In this document: in pieces, positions 18,740-27,469 of the stretch | Position numbering within the stretch: the first letter of the stretch is position 1 | Layout of the letters: each line of letters starts with the position of its first letter | From: Methanomassiliicoccaceae archaeon UBA421 | GTDB lineage: Archaea; Thermoplasmatota; Thermoplasmata; Methanomassiliicoccales; Methanomethylophilaceae | Reading direction: 5' to 3' | Assembly: GCA_002498365.1 (NCBI GenBank) | Contig: DAHB01000004.1 | Coordinates: 123,666 to 187,665, forward strand | DNA: 64,000 nt | Program-made: the position numbers and the translations under genes | Notes under the pieces: generated by a model | Databases searched by the model: none | Seen by the model: the letters and a program-made list of their open reading frames with translations, nothing else | What the model was told of the DNA's origin: nothing

Positions 18740-19792
18740 TCACTCCGGCATGATGATCGTTCCCTTGAACTTCGCGTACAGCGCATAGTCCAGGAACACT
18801 GGGTTCTCCAGTACCTTCTCCAGGGTCGGTGCGTTCTCTCTCTTGTAGTCCTTCATCTCGTCGGTCACGGTTATGTCGAAGGCATCGCTTCCGGCACCGG
18901 AACCGTAGGACGTGACGAATATCCTGTCGCCGGGCTTCGATTTGTCAAGAACGTTGGCGAGTCCCAGGGGTACCGCTCCGCTGTATGTGTTCCCTATGGA
19001 CGGCGTGAGCAGGCCGTACTGGATCTGCTCGGGGGTGAAACCCAGCATCTTGGCGACCTTTTCGGGGAACTTTCCGTTGGGCTGGTGGAATATCGCGTAG
19101 TCGTAGTCCTCGGGCTTGGTGTTGCGGTCCTCCAGCATCATCTTGGATGCCGATATTATATGTTTGAAGTACGCCGGGTCGCCTGTGAACCTGCCTCCGT
19201 GGCTGGGGTAGGGCTGGCCTTCTCTTCTCCAGAAGTCGGGCGTGTCCGTGGTGAAGCTCAGGGTCTTGTTGATCCTTGCGATCACCTTCTCGGACCCTAT
19301 CAGGTAGGCCGCTCCTCCGGCGGACGCCGAATATTCCAGAGCGTCTCCGGGAGCTCCCTGGGACGTGTCGGCCCCGACGGCCACTCCGTACTTCACCATG
19401 CCGGAGCCCACCAGCCCCATGCACATCTGCATACCGGCCGTTCCGGCCTTGCATGCGAACTCCAGGTCTGCCGCCGTGAGCGAGGGTGTGGCCTGTATTA
19501 CTTCCGCCAAAACTCCCGACGAGGGCTTGACCGCATAGGGGTGAGACTCCGACCCTACGTACACGGCGCCGATCTCCTTGGGATCGACGTCCGGTACCCT
19601 CTGCATCATGTACCTGGCAGCCTCGGACGATATCGTAATGACATCCTCGTCCGGCGAAGGCACCGATTTCTGATCGATCTTCAGTCCTTTACCCATTCCT
19701 TTGCCGTCCGCGCCCCAGACGCGCCCGATCTCCTCGGGCTTGATCCTATAGCGGGGGACGTATGCTCCGTAGCTTACAATTCCTACATCCAT
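18740..19792 (-). CDS. hydroxymethylglutaryl-CoA synthase
   Basis: Archaeal HMGCS pattern (GAYVP.YRI...., ACKAGT catalytic Cys region, GN.YSGA). Conserved operon with thiolase and DUF35. Confidence 0.9.
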   Translation of the reverse strand: MDVGIVSYGAYVPRYRIKPEEIGRVWGADGKGMGKGLKIDQKSVPSPDEDVITISSEAARYMMQRVPDVDPKEIGAVYVGSESHPYAVKPSSGVLAEVIQATPSLTAADLEFACKAGTAGMQMCMGLVGSGMVKYGVAVGADTSQGAPGDALEYSASAGGAAYLIGSEKVIARINKTLSFTTDTPDFWRREGQPYPSHGGRFTGDPAYFKHIISASKMMLEDRNTKPEDYDYAIFHQPNGKFPEKVAKMLGFTPEQIQYGLLTPSIGNTYSGAVPLGLANVLDKSKPGDRIFVTSYGSGAGSDAFDITVTDEMKDYKRENAPTLEKVLENPVFLDYALYAKFKGTIIMPE

Positions 19793-20485
19793 TCATTTCC
19801 CTTCCTTTAGTTTGTTCAGACGTTTCACGAGTTCTTCCACTGACAGTTCGGTAACTACGAGCGGGATCTTCTCAAGCTTCGCCAGCTTGATGGCCAAAAG
19901 GTCCGTGTTCTCCGGGCTCTGGTACACCACCATGGCGGGAGTCAGGGGATGGGCCCTTATCGCCACCATGGGAGACCTGCCGTAGTGCACGTTGGTGAAT
20001 ATCAATGCGCGCTCGATGTTCCAGCCGTATATCTTCAGATAATCTTCGGAGCTGAGGTTGACTATCGCCTTGAGAGAGTCCACGATCGTGTAGCCGTAGA
20101 CCTTCTTGGAGGGGGTCCTGTCCGTGTTCAGGTTTTTACCCGATAAGACGGAGATCATCACCTCCGGGTCGACACCGCCGTCGAACTCCTCCATGGCCAG
20201 AATGCATTCGTTCCTCATCCCCGGCATGTACCTGGTGGCTACCGGGGACCCGTTCATCCTGTCCAAGGCGATGAACGATTCCACCATCTTTTTCACGACC
20301 GCGACGCCGGGGGACTTCCTCCTTCCGGACTCGTAGTCGCTGATGACAGAGTTGGAAACTCCCATCCTGTCCGCCAGCTGCTGCTGGGAGAGCCCGAACT
20401 CCTCCCTCCATTTGCGGATGATCTTTCCGGGCTCCGCCGACATGGATATCTCTCCTGCGATCTTCTCGCTGAGCTCATCCGTCAT
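19793..20485 (-). CDS. XRE-type HTH transcriptional regulator (COG1395-like)
   Basis: HTH_3 motif (GLSQQQLADRMGVSNSVISDYESGRR) plus a C-terminal uncharacterised domain. Its stop abuts the HMGCS start. Confidence 0.7.
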   Translation of the reverse strand: MTDELSEKIAGEISMSAEPGKIIRKWREEFGLSQQQLADRMGVSNSVISDYESGRRKSPGVAVVKKMVESFIALDRMNGSPVATRYMPGMRNECILAMEEFDGGVDPEVMISVLSGKNLNTDRTPSKKVYGYTIVDSLKAIVNLSSEDYLKIYGWNIERALIFTNVHYGRSPMVAIRAHPLTPAMVVYQSPENTDLLAIKLAKLEKIPLVVTELSVEELVKRLNKLKEGK

Positions 20486-20551
20486 ACCCTTGAGACAGAC
20501 GGTTTATTATTTAATAATGTCGAACTCATGAATCGGCAATCAACGTACTCA

Positions 20552-21946
20552 TCACTTGCAGAGCTCTCTGTCCAGAACGTCTATTACTGTCTTCATGACC
20601 TTGAGCCGCCCATACTTCTTATCGTCGGATTCGACGACGTACCAGGGCGCCTCGGGGGTGTTGGTGCTTTCGATCATGGCGTCTATGTAATCCGTGTATA
20701 CGTCCCACTTCTCGCGGTTGCGCCAGTCCTCTTCCGTGATCTTCCAGTTCTTGAGAGGGTCCTCCATGCGGGCGTTGAACCTTTTCAGCTGTTCCTCGGG
20801 ACTGATCTCCATCCAGAATTTGATGAGGATCGCGCCGGTGTCTATCATCCCTCTCTCGAAGCCGTTGATCTCCTTGCCGGACCTGACGTACTCGTCATGG
20901 GTGCAGAACCCCTCGATCGGCTCGACCATCATCCTCCCGTACCAGCTGCGGTCGAATATCGTGATGTGCCCGTCCGAGGGCATGTCGGCGCAGAACCTCC
21001 GAAGGTATGTGTAATCTTTTTCCTCCGGCGTCGGGGCCGCCACCGCCCTGGCCGCATACCCCCTGGGATTAAGGGCATGGGCCAGCCGTTTGATGCTTCC
21101 TCCCTTCCCGGCAGAGTCGCGTCCCTCGAAGACTACCACCAGGGAGCGGTCGCTGACCGCGAGGACCGACTGCAACCTCGCGATCTCTTTCGAATAATCC
21201 CTCAGCTTCCCCTTGTACCCCTCCGCCTTCAGCGTCATGTCGGCACTTTTCCTGGGGTTTCCGCACATGGGCGTGGTGTACTCCGCAGGCGAGAAGGGTG
21301 GGTACCTGAGCTTATGTGACAGTGCGGCGGTGATGCCACCGATGCTGTTGAAGGCCGTTATCTCCGGCTCGTCGATGTTCACTTCCAGCCATCTGGCGTA
21401 CGGGGTGTCGGTCCTTGCTATGACGTCCTTCATCACCTCCCCGCAATATACCTCGGTATCGATGTGGTCGTCGTTAAGGAAGGATTTTTTCTTATGACGG
21501 GGACCGAATTTGTCCGATAGGGCGTCGACCTTGTCGGCGTCCGCCTTCAGGAACAGCTTCACGATCATCACGCCGTTGTCGATCAGATACCTCTCGAAGA
21601 CGTTGGCATCATTTATCATACGGTCCAGCTCTTCGCCGGTGACGTTCTCCAGATTCTCTGCGATAAAGGAGTACCATCCGCGGTCGAATATCCCTAGCTG
21701 CCCTTTGCCCGGGGTGGAAGCAAGGAAGCTGAGAAGCGCCTTGGGGCTCGAGAGCCCGTCCGGGTCGAAATGCTTATACCTAACGCCCCTCGGTTCCAAT
21801 TTATTCAGCAGGTCGCCGGCTATCCTTCCGATGACCCTTCCGCTGCATCCTTCCAGAACTATGAGCGCGGGTATCCCCTCGCTGTAAAGCTCGTGCTGCA
21901 CCAGGGTGAGCCTCTTCACCAGCGCCTCCCATTCTTCGTCTTCCAT
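20552..21946 (-). CDS. ppk2: two-domain polyphosphate kinase 2 family protein (PAP-like architecture)
   Basis: The C-terminal domain has the canonical PPK2 P-loop FEGRDSAGKGG. The N-terminal domain has a degenerate version (LEGCSGRVIG). Confidence 0.85.
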   Translation of the reverse strand: MEDEEWEALVKRLTLVQHELYSEGIPALIVLEGCSGRVIGRIAGDLLNKLEPRGVRYKHFDPDGLSSPKALLSFLASTPGKGQLGIFDRGWYSFIAENLENVTGEELDRMINDANVFERYLIDNGVMIVKLFLKADADKVDALSDKFGPRHKKKSFLNDDHIDTEVYCGEVMKDVIARTDTPYARWLEVNIDEPEITAFNSIGGITAALSHKLRYPPFSPAEYTTPMCGNPRKSADMTLKAEGYKGKLRDYSKEIARLQSVLAVSDRSLVVVFEGRDSAGKGGSIKRLAHALNPRGYAARAVAAPTPEEKDYTYLRRFCADMPSDGHITIFDRSWYGRMMVEPIEGFCTHDEYVRSGKEINGFERGMIDTGAILIKFWMEISPEEQLKRFNARMEDPLKNWKITEEDWRNREKWDVYTDYIDAMIESTNTPEAPWYVVESDDKKYGRLKVMKTVIDVLDRELCK

Positions 21947-22016
21947 CGCTCACGTACCCGCTTATGTGATAATAATGGTTCCAAAGGTAAAATGAAATAA
22001 GCGATCGGACCGTCGC

Positions 22017-22799
22017 ATGTGTATGATGGACGGACTCACGGAAGCGGCCAGGGAGGCGGGGAGGATCATGCTGGACCGCAGAGGCCTGAGGGTTAGCACG
22101 AAGGGGACCAGAGAGAACCTGGCCACCACCGCGGACCTCAATGTGGAACGGTTCCTTAGGAAGCGTCTTCCGGAACTGGTTCCCGGTTCGTCGTTCGTCG
22201 GGGAAGAGGACGGCAAGAGCGGAGAAGGAGATCTTGTTTGGATTGTCGACCCGATAGACGGCACGGCCAACTACGCCAGGGACCTGAGGGTGAGCACAGT
22301 GTCGATAGCTCTCCGCAGGGACGGCGAGACCGTCGCCGGAGCGGTATATCAGCCTTACACGGACGAGATGTTCTGCGCCATGAAGGGAAAGGGAACGTCC
22401 GTGAACGGCAGAGCCGTCCGTGTTTCGGACAGACCTCTGGCCAATTCGATGTTCTGCACCTCGTGGAGCGCCTACAGGAAGGAGAGGGCGCCGATGTGCT
22501 TCAGGATATCCGAACGCGTCCTCCCTCTGTGCGAGGACATACGGCGTTTCGGAACGGCGGCCTACGAGCTCTCGCTGCTGGCCGAGGGCCGCATCGATAT
22601 ATTTTTCGAAGCTGCGCTTCAGCCCTGGGACATCGCGGCCGGGGCCCTCATCGTGAGGGAGGCGGGGGGCGTCTGCGGTTCCGTGTACGGCCCCGAGTCG
22701 TACGATTCGGAGGGGCCGATGATAGCGGCCAACAGCCGGGAGAGCTTCGGAGCGATAAGGGATATCGTCGAAGAAGAGATGAACAAGGAAGGGCGCTGA
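22017..22799 (+). CDS. suhB: inositol monophosphatase / FBPase family protein
   Basis: Contains the WIVDPIDGTANY motif and the downstream WD..AG motif. Confidence 0.85.
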   Translation: MCMMDGLTEAAREAGRIMLDRRGLRVSTKGTRENLATTADLNVERFLRKRLPELVPGSSFVGEEDGKSGEGDLVWIVDPIDGTANYARDLRVSTVSIALRRDGETVAGAVYQPYTDEMFCAMKGKGTSVNGRAVRVSDRPLANSMFCTSWSAYRKERAPMCFRISERVLPLCEDIRRFGTAAYELSLLAEGRIDIFFEAALQPWDIAAGALIVREAGGVCGSVYGPESYDSEGPMIAANSRESFGAIRDIVEEEMNKEGR

Positions 22800-22919
22800 G
22801 GCGTCCTTCGGCGGCGGCCGTCCACCGTGACGGCCGCAGGGCTCGACCGAAGCCCGTTAAGATTACCCATTCGCGGTTAGTTGCGATGGTTTATTATGCG
22901 TTCCTTCTGATTCGGAAGC

Positions 22920-23312
22920 ATGCCATGCAAAAAAAATTCCGAGTGCGACATGAGCGGTAAGAAATACTGCCAGATGTACGACAACATGGGAGGGTTCGCC
23001 CCCAACACCCTGAAGGCCATCAAGGACCTCGACCCCGGGCTCATCGAACTCATCCACAACATGGACAATGTGATAGTCGAGGACGGCGCCCTCGACAAGA
23101 AGACCAAGAGGCTCATCGCCCTCGCATGCGTCTGCATAAGGTCCTGCGAGGATTGCGTCTACCCCCAGGCGAAGGTCGCCAAGAACTACGGCGCCACAAA
23201 GGAGGAGATCCTGGAGGCGGTCAACGTCGCGGTCCTTACCGGAGGGGTCCCCAGCTGGTCCATCGCCAAGAAGGGCATCGCCCAGCTCTTCGAAGAGTGG
23301 GATAAGGAGTAA
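22920..23312 (+). CDS. carboxymuconolactone decarboxylase / AhpD-like family protein
   Basis: CMD-fold pattern with a Cys pair (CIRSCEDC). An alternative start lies at 22950 (MSGKK). Confidence 0.7.
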   Translation: MPCKKNSECDMSGKKYCQMYDNMGGFAPNTLKAIKDLDPGLIELIHNMDNVIVEDGALDKKTKRLIALACVCIRSCEDCVYPQAKVAKNYGATKEEILEAVNVAVLTGGVPSWSIAKKGIAQLFEEWDKE

Positions 23313-23315
23313 ACA

Positions 23316-23864
23316 TCATTCCCCGGCCTCAAAGCCGGGGCGTAATTTTCTTTTTTTGATCTGCTCCATGACCGCGTATGCCGTGACGGCGCACATTATT
23401 CCGATGAACGCCCCCGCCACGACGTCTGAAGGATAGTGAACCATCAGATAGGTCCTCGAGAAACCCGTAAGGGCGGCGTAGGCCATGAGGACAGCGCCCC
23501 ATCTTCTGTCGTATATGAACAGTGCGGAGGCCGCGGCGAACGCCTTCACGGTATGTCCCGAAGCGAAGGAATATCCGTCCGGGGGATCGATTATCAGAAG
23601 CAACGACAGATCTTCGATGAAAGGTCTGGGTCTTTCGACCAAAGGCTTTATCATCCAATCGTTCAGAACATGCCCCATCAGAACGGCTGCGGCCATCACG
23701 ACGCCTGCCTCCCTGGTCGGTTTGTAGATTATCAGCGCAACGGCGATGATCAACCAGATTGCACCGTGGTCTCCTGAGTATGAGACGAATTCCATCAACG
23801 GGTCCATTATACCGCCGGACAGGTTCCCCTGTATCCAGATCAGGACGTCCGTTTCCGATGCCAT
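23316..23864 (-). CDS. PAP2-family membrane phosphatase
   Basis: Acid-phosphatase motifs KP...RPRP, SFASGHT, SRTYLMVHYPSDV. Confidence 0.8.
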   Translation of the reverse strand: MASETDVLIWIQGNLSGGIMDPLMEFVSYSGDHGAIWLIIAVALIIYKPTREAGVVMAAAVLMGHVLNDWMIKPLVERPRPFIEDLSLLLIIDPPDGYSFASGHTVKAFAAASALFIYDRRWGAVLMAYAALTGFSRTYLMVHYPSDVVAGAFIGIMCAVTAYAVMEQIKKRKLRPGFEAGE

Positions 23865-24025
23865 CGGAGATACGACGTATTACCGATATTTCAAACCGGA
23901 CGGAGCCTGTCTGCGATCGGCCGACAGGCTGCGGACATGGCGTACGATATCCATCGTTCGCCTGGCGTGCGCTTACTTGAAGTTTATTATATCACACGCG
24001 TTTAACCGGAAACAGGAGATAAAGA

Positions 24026-26659
24026 ATGACCGAGGTAGGAAAATGTATCAGGACAATCAATACCGACGAAGGTAAGATCGACATATACAGCCTCAGGGAG
24101 CTTGAAGAGAAGGGAATAATCAAAGACCTCTCCAAGATGCCCTATTCCATCAAGATCATAGTGGAGTCCATGCTCAGGCAGAGGGACGGCAAGCTCATCA
24201 CCGATAAGGACGTGGTCGCCGCCGCATCTTGGGATCCGAAAGAGAATTCGGACGACGAGATACCGTGGATTCCGGCCAGGGTCCTGCTGCAGGACCTTAC
24301 GGGCGGCGCCGCCGTCACCGACCTGGCATCCATGAGGGCGGCGGTGGACGCCCTGGGATTCGACGGGTCCATCATAGATCCCCTGGTCCCCGTGGACCTG
24401 GTGATCGACCATTCCGTGCAGACCGATTATGCCGGCAGGCCCGACGCGCGGGAGCTGAACGAGGAGCTGGAGTTCGAGAGGAACAAGGAAAGATACGCAT
24501 TGTTCAAGTGGGCACAGGATTCCTTCAAGAACTTCCGCGTCGTCCCTCCCGGTAACGGCATATGCCACCAGGTGAACCTGGAGTACCTTTCTCCGGTCGT
24601 CCATGTCAAAGACGGATGCGGTAACAAGACCGCCTATCCGGATTCGTGCTTCGGGACCGATTCGCACACCACGCAGATCAACGGCCTGGGAGTGGCCGGA
24701 TGGGGAGTGGGCGGGATCGAGGCCGAGGCCGTCATGGTGGGGCAGCCCAGCTACATGAAGCTGCCCGACGTGGTGGGATTCAGGCTCAAAGGCAAGCTGA
24801 GGCCGGAGGTCAACGCCACCGACCTTGTCCTCACGTGCGTGCAGATGCTCAGGAAGAAGGGCGTCGTGGGCAAGTTCGTCGAGTTCTGCGGTCCCGGCTA
24901 TGCCGGGCTGGAACTGGCGGACCGCGCCACCCTCGCCAACATGGCGCCCGAATACGGTGCGACCATGGGGTACTGCCCCATAGACGGCAACACCATTGAG
25001 TACCTGAGGCTGACCGGAAGGGACGCCGCCCACATCGACGCCGTGGAGAGATACGCCAAGGAGCAGACCCTCTGGTACGACGGAGAGGCAGAGTACACGG
25101 ACATGCTGGAGCTGGACCTCGGTACGGTCGAACCGTCGCTCGCCGGGCACAAGAGGCCCCAGGACCGCATCCCTCTTTCCGAAATGAAAAACTCCTTCTC
25201 CGCCTCCCTCAGAGAGCTGGGCGTGGAGAAGAAGAGGGCGCCGGCGTCAGGGATGCTCGGAGACGGCTCGGTGGTCATAGCTTCGATCACCTCATGCACG
25301 AACACGGCCAATCCGTCGGTCATGATAGCGGCGGGACTTCTCGCCAAGAAGGCGTGCGAGCTTGGACTGGAGAAGAAGGACTTCGTGAAGACCTCCCTCG
25401 CCCCGGGATCGAAAGTGGTCACCGAATATCTGAAGAGCTCCGGCCTGCTCCCGTTCATGGAGAAGCTGGGATTCCAGGTGTGCGGCTACGGATGCATGAC
25501 GTGCATAGGCAACAGCGGGCCGCTGTCCGACGACGTGTCGAGACAGATAAAGGCCGACGACCTTGCCGTCGCCGCGGTCGCATCGAGCAACCGCAACTTC
25601 GAAGGCAGGATCCACCCGTTGGTAAAGGCCAACTATCTGGCCTCTCCGCCTCTTGTGATCGCATACGCCATCGCGGGAAGGATCGACATAGATTTCGATA
25701 ACGAGCCCATCGGACAGGCGGGAGGAAGGGAAGTCTACCTGAGGGACATATGGCCGGATGATGCCGACGTCGAGGAGGTAAAGAGCAAGTTCGTCGACTC
25801 CGAGACCTTCGCCAAGGAATACCGTAACGTGTTCAAGGGCTCCGAGAGATGGGACAGGATCCCCTGCGAGAGGTCCCCGCTGTTCGCATGGGACGAGAAT
25901 TCGACGTACATACGGAACCCCCCCTTCTTCGACGACATATTCGAAGAGCCCGCCATCAGGGACATAGAGGGGGCAAGGTGCCTCGCCATGCTTGGAGATT
26001 CGATCACCACCGACCACATCTCTCCGGCAGGGGACTTCCCTGCCGACAGCGACGCGGGCAGATATCTGATGGATCGCGGCGTGGAGAAGAAGGATTTCAA
26101 TTCCTACGGCTCCCGCAGGGCCAACCACGAGATAATGGTCCGCGGTACCTTCGCAAACATCCGCCTCAGGAACCGGCTCGTCCCGGGGTCCGAAGGAAGC
26201 AGGTCGATATATCTCCCCGACGGAAGCGTGGACACCATATTCGAGACCTCCGGCAAATACCTGGAGGAGAGGACCCCCCTGATCGTATTGGCCGGGAAGG
26301 AGTACGGTACGGGCAGCTCCAGGGACTGGGCCGCCAAAGGCCCCCTCCTGCTGGGCGTCAAGGCCGTCATCGCCGAATCCTTCGAGAGGATACACCGTTC
26401 GAACCTGATAGGCATGGGCATAGTGCCGCTTCAGTTCCTGGACGGCCAGAACGCGGAGGCGCTTAAGCTGGACGGCACGGAGACCTTCGACATCGACCTG
26501 GAGGGCCTGGAGCCTAAGTGCCTGGTAGGCGTTACCGCCTACAAAGGGGGCATGAAGCTGGAGTTCGACGTCTTATGCAGGGCCGACGTCCCGGCGGAGA
26601 TCGATTATCTGGCCAACGGCGGGATCCTCCAGTACGTGCTGCGCAATATGATACTGTAA
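24026..26659 (+). CDS. acnA: aconitate hydratase (AcnA/IRP type)
   Basis: 877 aa. Has GTDSHT, the ITSCTNT.NP and CMTCIGNSG Cys ligands, and the swivel domain GSSRDWAAKG. Confidence 0.93.
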   Translation: MTEVGKCIRTINTDEGKIDIYSLRELEEKGIIKDLSKMPYSIKIIVESMLRQRDGKLITDKDVVAAASWDPKENSDDEIPWIPARVLLQDLTGGAAVTDLASMRAAVDALGFDGSIIDPLVPVDLVIDHSVQTDYAGRPDARELNEELEFERNKERYALFKWAQDSFKNFRVVPPGNGICHQVNLEYLSPVVHVKDGCGNKTAYPDSCFGTDSHTTQINGLGVAGWGVGGIEAEAVMVGQPSYMKLPDVVGFRLKGKLRPEVNATDLVLTCVQMLRKKGVVGKFVEFCGPGYAGLELADRATLANMAPEYGATMGYCPIDGNTIEYLRLTGRDAAHIDAVERYAKEQTLWYDGEAEYTDMLELDLGTVEPSLAGHKRPQDRIPLSEMKNSFSASLRELGVEKKRAPASGMLGDGSVVIASITSCTNTANPSVMIAAGLLAKKACELGLEKKDFVKTSLAPGSKVVTEYLKSSGLLPFMEKLGFQVCGYGCMTCIGNSGPLSDDVSRQIKADDLAVAAVASSNRNFEGRIHPLVKANYLASPPLVIAYAIAGRIDIDFDNEPIGQAGGREVYLRDIWPDDADVEEVKSKFVDSETFAKEYRNVFKGSERWDRIPCERSPLFAWDENSTYIRNPPFFDDIFEEPAIRDIEGARCLAMLGDSITTDHISPAGDFPADSDAGRYLMDRGVEKKDFNSYGSRRANHEIMVRGTFANIRLRNRLVPGSEGSRSIYLPDGSVDTIFETSGKYLEERTPLIVLAGKEYGTGSSRDWAAKGPLLLGVKAVIAESFERIHRSNLIGMGIVPLQFLDGQNAEALKLDGTETFDIDLEGLEPKCLVGVTAYKGGMKLEFDVLCRADVPAEIDYLANGGILQYVLRNMIL

Positions 26660-26710
26660 ACCCTTTAGACACAAATCTTTTTATCATGATGCGGACTACC
26701 CGCAACAGTC

Positions 26711-26786
26711 GGGCCCGTGGGCTAGCTTGGTATACTTGTAGCTTCGGGAGCTATAGACTCCGGTTCAAATCCGGGCGGGCCCACCA
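26711..26786 (+). tRNA. tRNA-Pro (anticodon CGG), CCA encoded
   Basis: Hand fold: 7-bp acceptor GGGCCCG/CGGGCCC, anticodon arm GTAGC-TTCGGGA-GCTAT, T arm with a TTCAAAT loop. The D stem is weak (one C-A mismatch). Confidence 0.85.
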
Positions 26787-27079
26787 CTTTCTGCTTTCGG
26801 AACGCATATCTTGAATTCCGCCAGTTCCGTTCCCCTTCCGCACTGCAGTATGAGTGACAGATCGCGGTCGCCAGATGCGTGGTCCAGAACAACGGTGAGA
26901 ACTCCCGGTGCCGCGAATTCGGCCATGAGTCCGACCGCGTCCGGAAAGATGAGGGTCCCGATGATTGAAACATTCGGTCCCATGTCTTTGCCGGCGAGCA
27001 TGGGACCTCTGTTCCAAGGGCCCGTTTTCCGTTCACGGAAGAGATGTAGAGGGTTTCCGATGACGTCGAATTTAGACAT
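26765..27079 (-). CDS. hypothetical protein (104 aa); its 3' end overlaps tRNA-Pro on the opposite strand
   Basis: ORF MSKFDVIGNPLHLFRERKTGPWNRG... with an AT-rich promoter-like region upstream. No family was recognised. The 22-nt overlap with the tRNA argues for caution. Confidence 0.35.
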   Translation of the reverse strand: MSKFDVIGNPLHLFRERKTGPWNRGPMLAGKDMGPNVSIIGTLIFPDAVGLMAEFAAPGVLTVVLDHASGDRDLSLILQCGRGTELAEFKICVPKAESGGPARI

Positions 27080-27129
27080 TTTTGTGTTTGCAGAAATAAT
27101 AATGTACAAAATATCATTTTATTAGGGAA

Positions 27130-27469
27130 AATTAGACATCATCATCAAAAAAGCCTAAATTTTAAATAAGATGCTCTCTTAGTAAGAGACACCTTGACCG
27201 AGGGGAAACGATACGGTTTTCACCTCGGTCCTGATCTCGGAGTATTGTCAGTGCCGGTCAGAGAAAGCAAGTGAGTTTGCTCATAGAGCGGGTTTGCTTC
27301 TAAAGGTTCATCCGCTGAAACCTGGAATCTTCAACGGTCCGCAGACCTCCGGGCTTGCGGGGCGCGACTGAGATCCCTCATTATTTGGATTCCCCAATCA
27401 GCGGATGCGCTGTTCCTCTTCCGACCGACAAGGCTGAATGCTCCGATCCGAAGAAATCGGGGAATAAAA
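27130..27469 (+). other. long non-coding leader/intergenic region upstream of opuAA with hairpins
   Basis: No convincing ORF. 8-bp hairpin at 27196-27203/27223-27230 and 5-bp hairpin at 27339-27343/27356-27360. GATCTC (27233-27238) and GAGATC (27370-27375) could pair long-range. Confidence 0.3.

Noticed and set aside
24002-26395. Very long antisense ORFs (382 and 367 aa) opposite the aconitase gene. Similar ones lie opposite glyS (42475-43482), the CBS-HPF gene (44042-45013), the LRR gene (49990-51069) and others.
   Set aside because: Their sequences are Arg/Gly/Pro/His-rich with no recognisable motifs. They lie exactly antisense to genes with unmistakable family signatures. This is the typical stop-codon-poor shadow frame of GC-biased coding DNA.
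27240-27330. Resemblance of TCAGTGCCGGTCAGAGAAAGCAA to the RNase P RNA segment CAGUGC.ACAGA.AGCAA, and of ACCGAGGGGAAAC (27197-27209) to the glycine-riboswitch core ACCGAAGGGGCAA.
   Set aside because: The other universally conserved RNase P elements (GAGGAAAGUCC, GGUAAGGGUGAAA, ACAGAAUCCGGCUUA) are absent on both strands. The glycine-riboswitch GGAGAG and CUCAGGCAAAAGGAC elements are not present in the right arrangement. The region is kept only as an unclassified structured leader.
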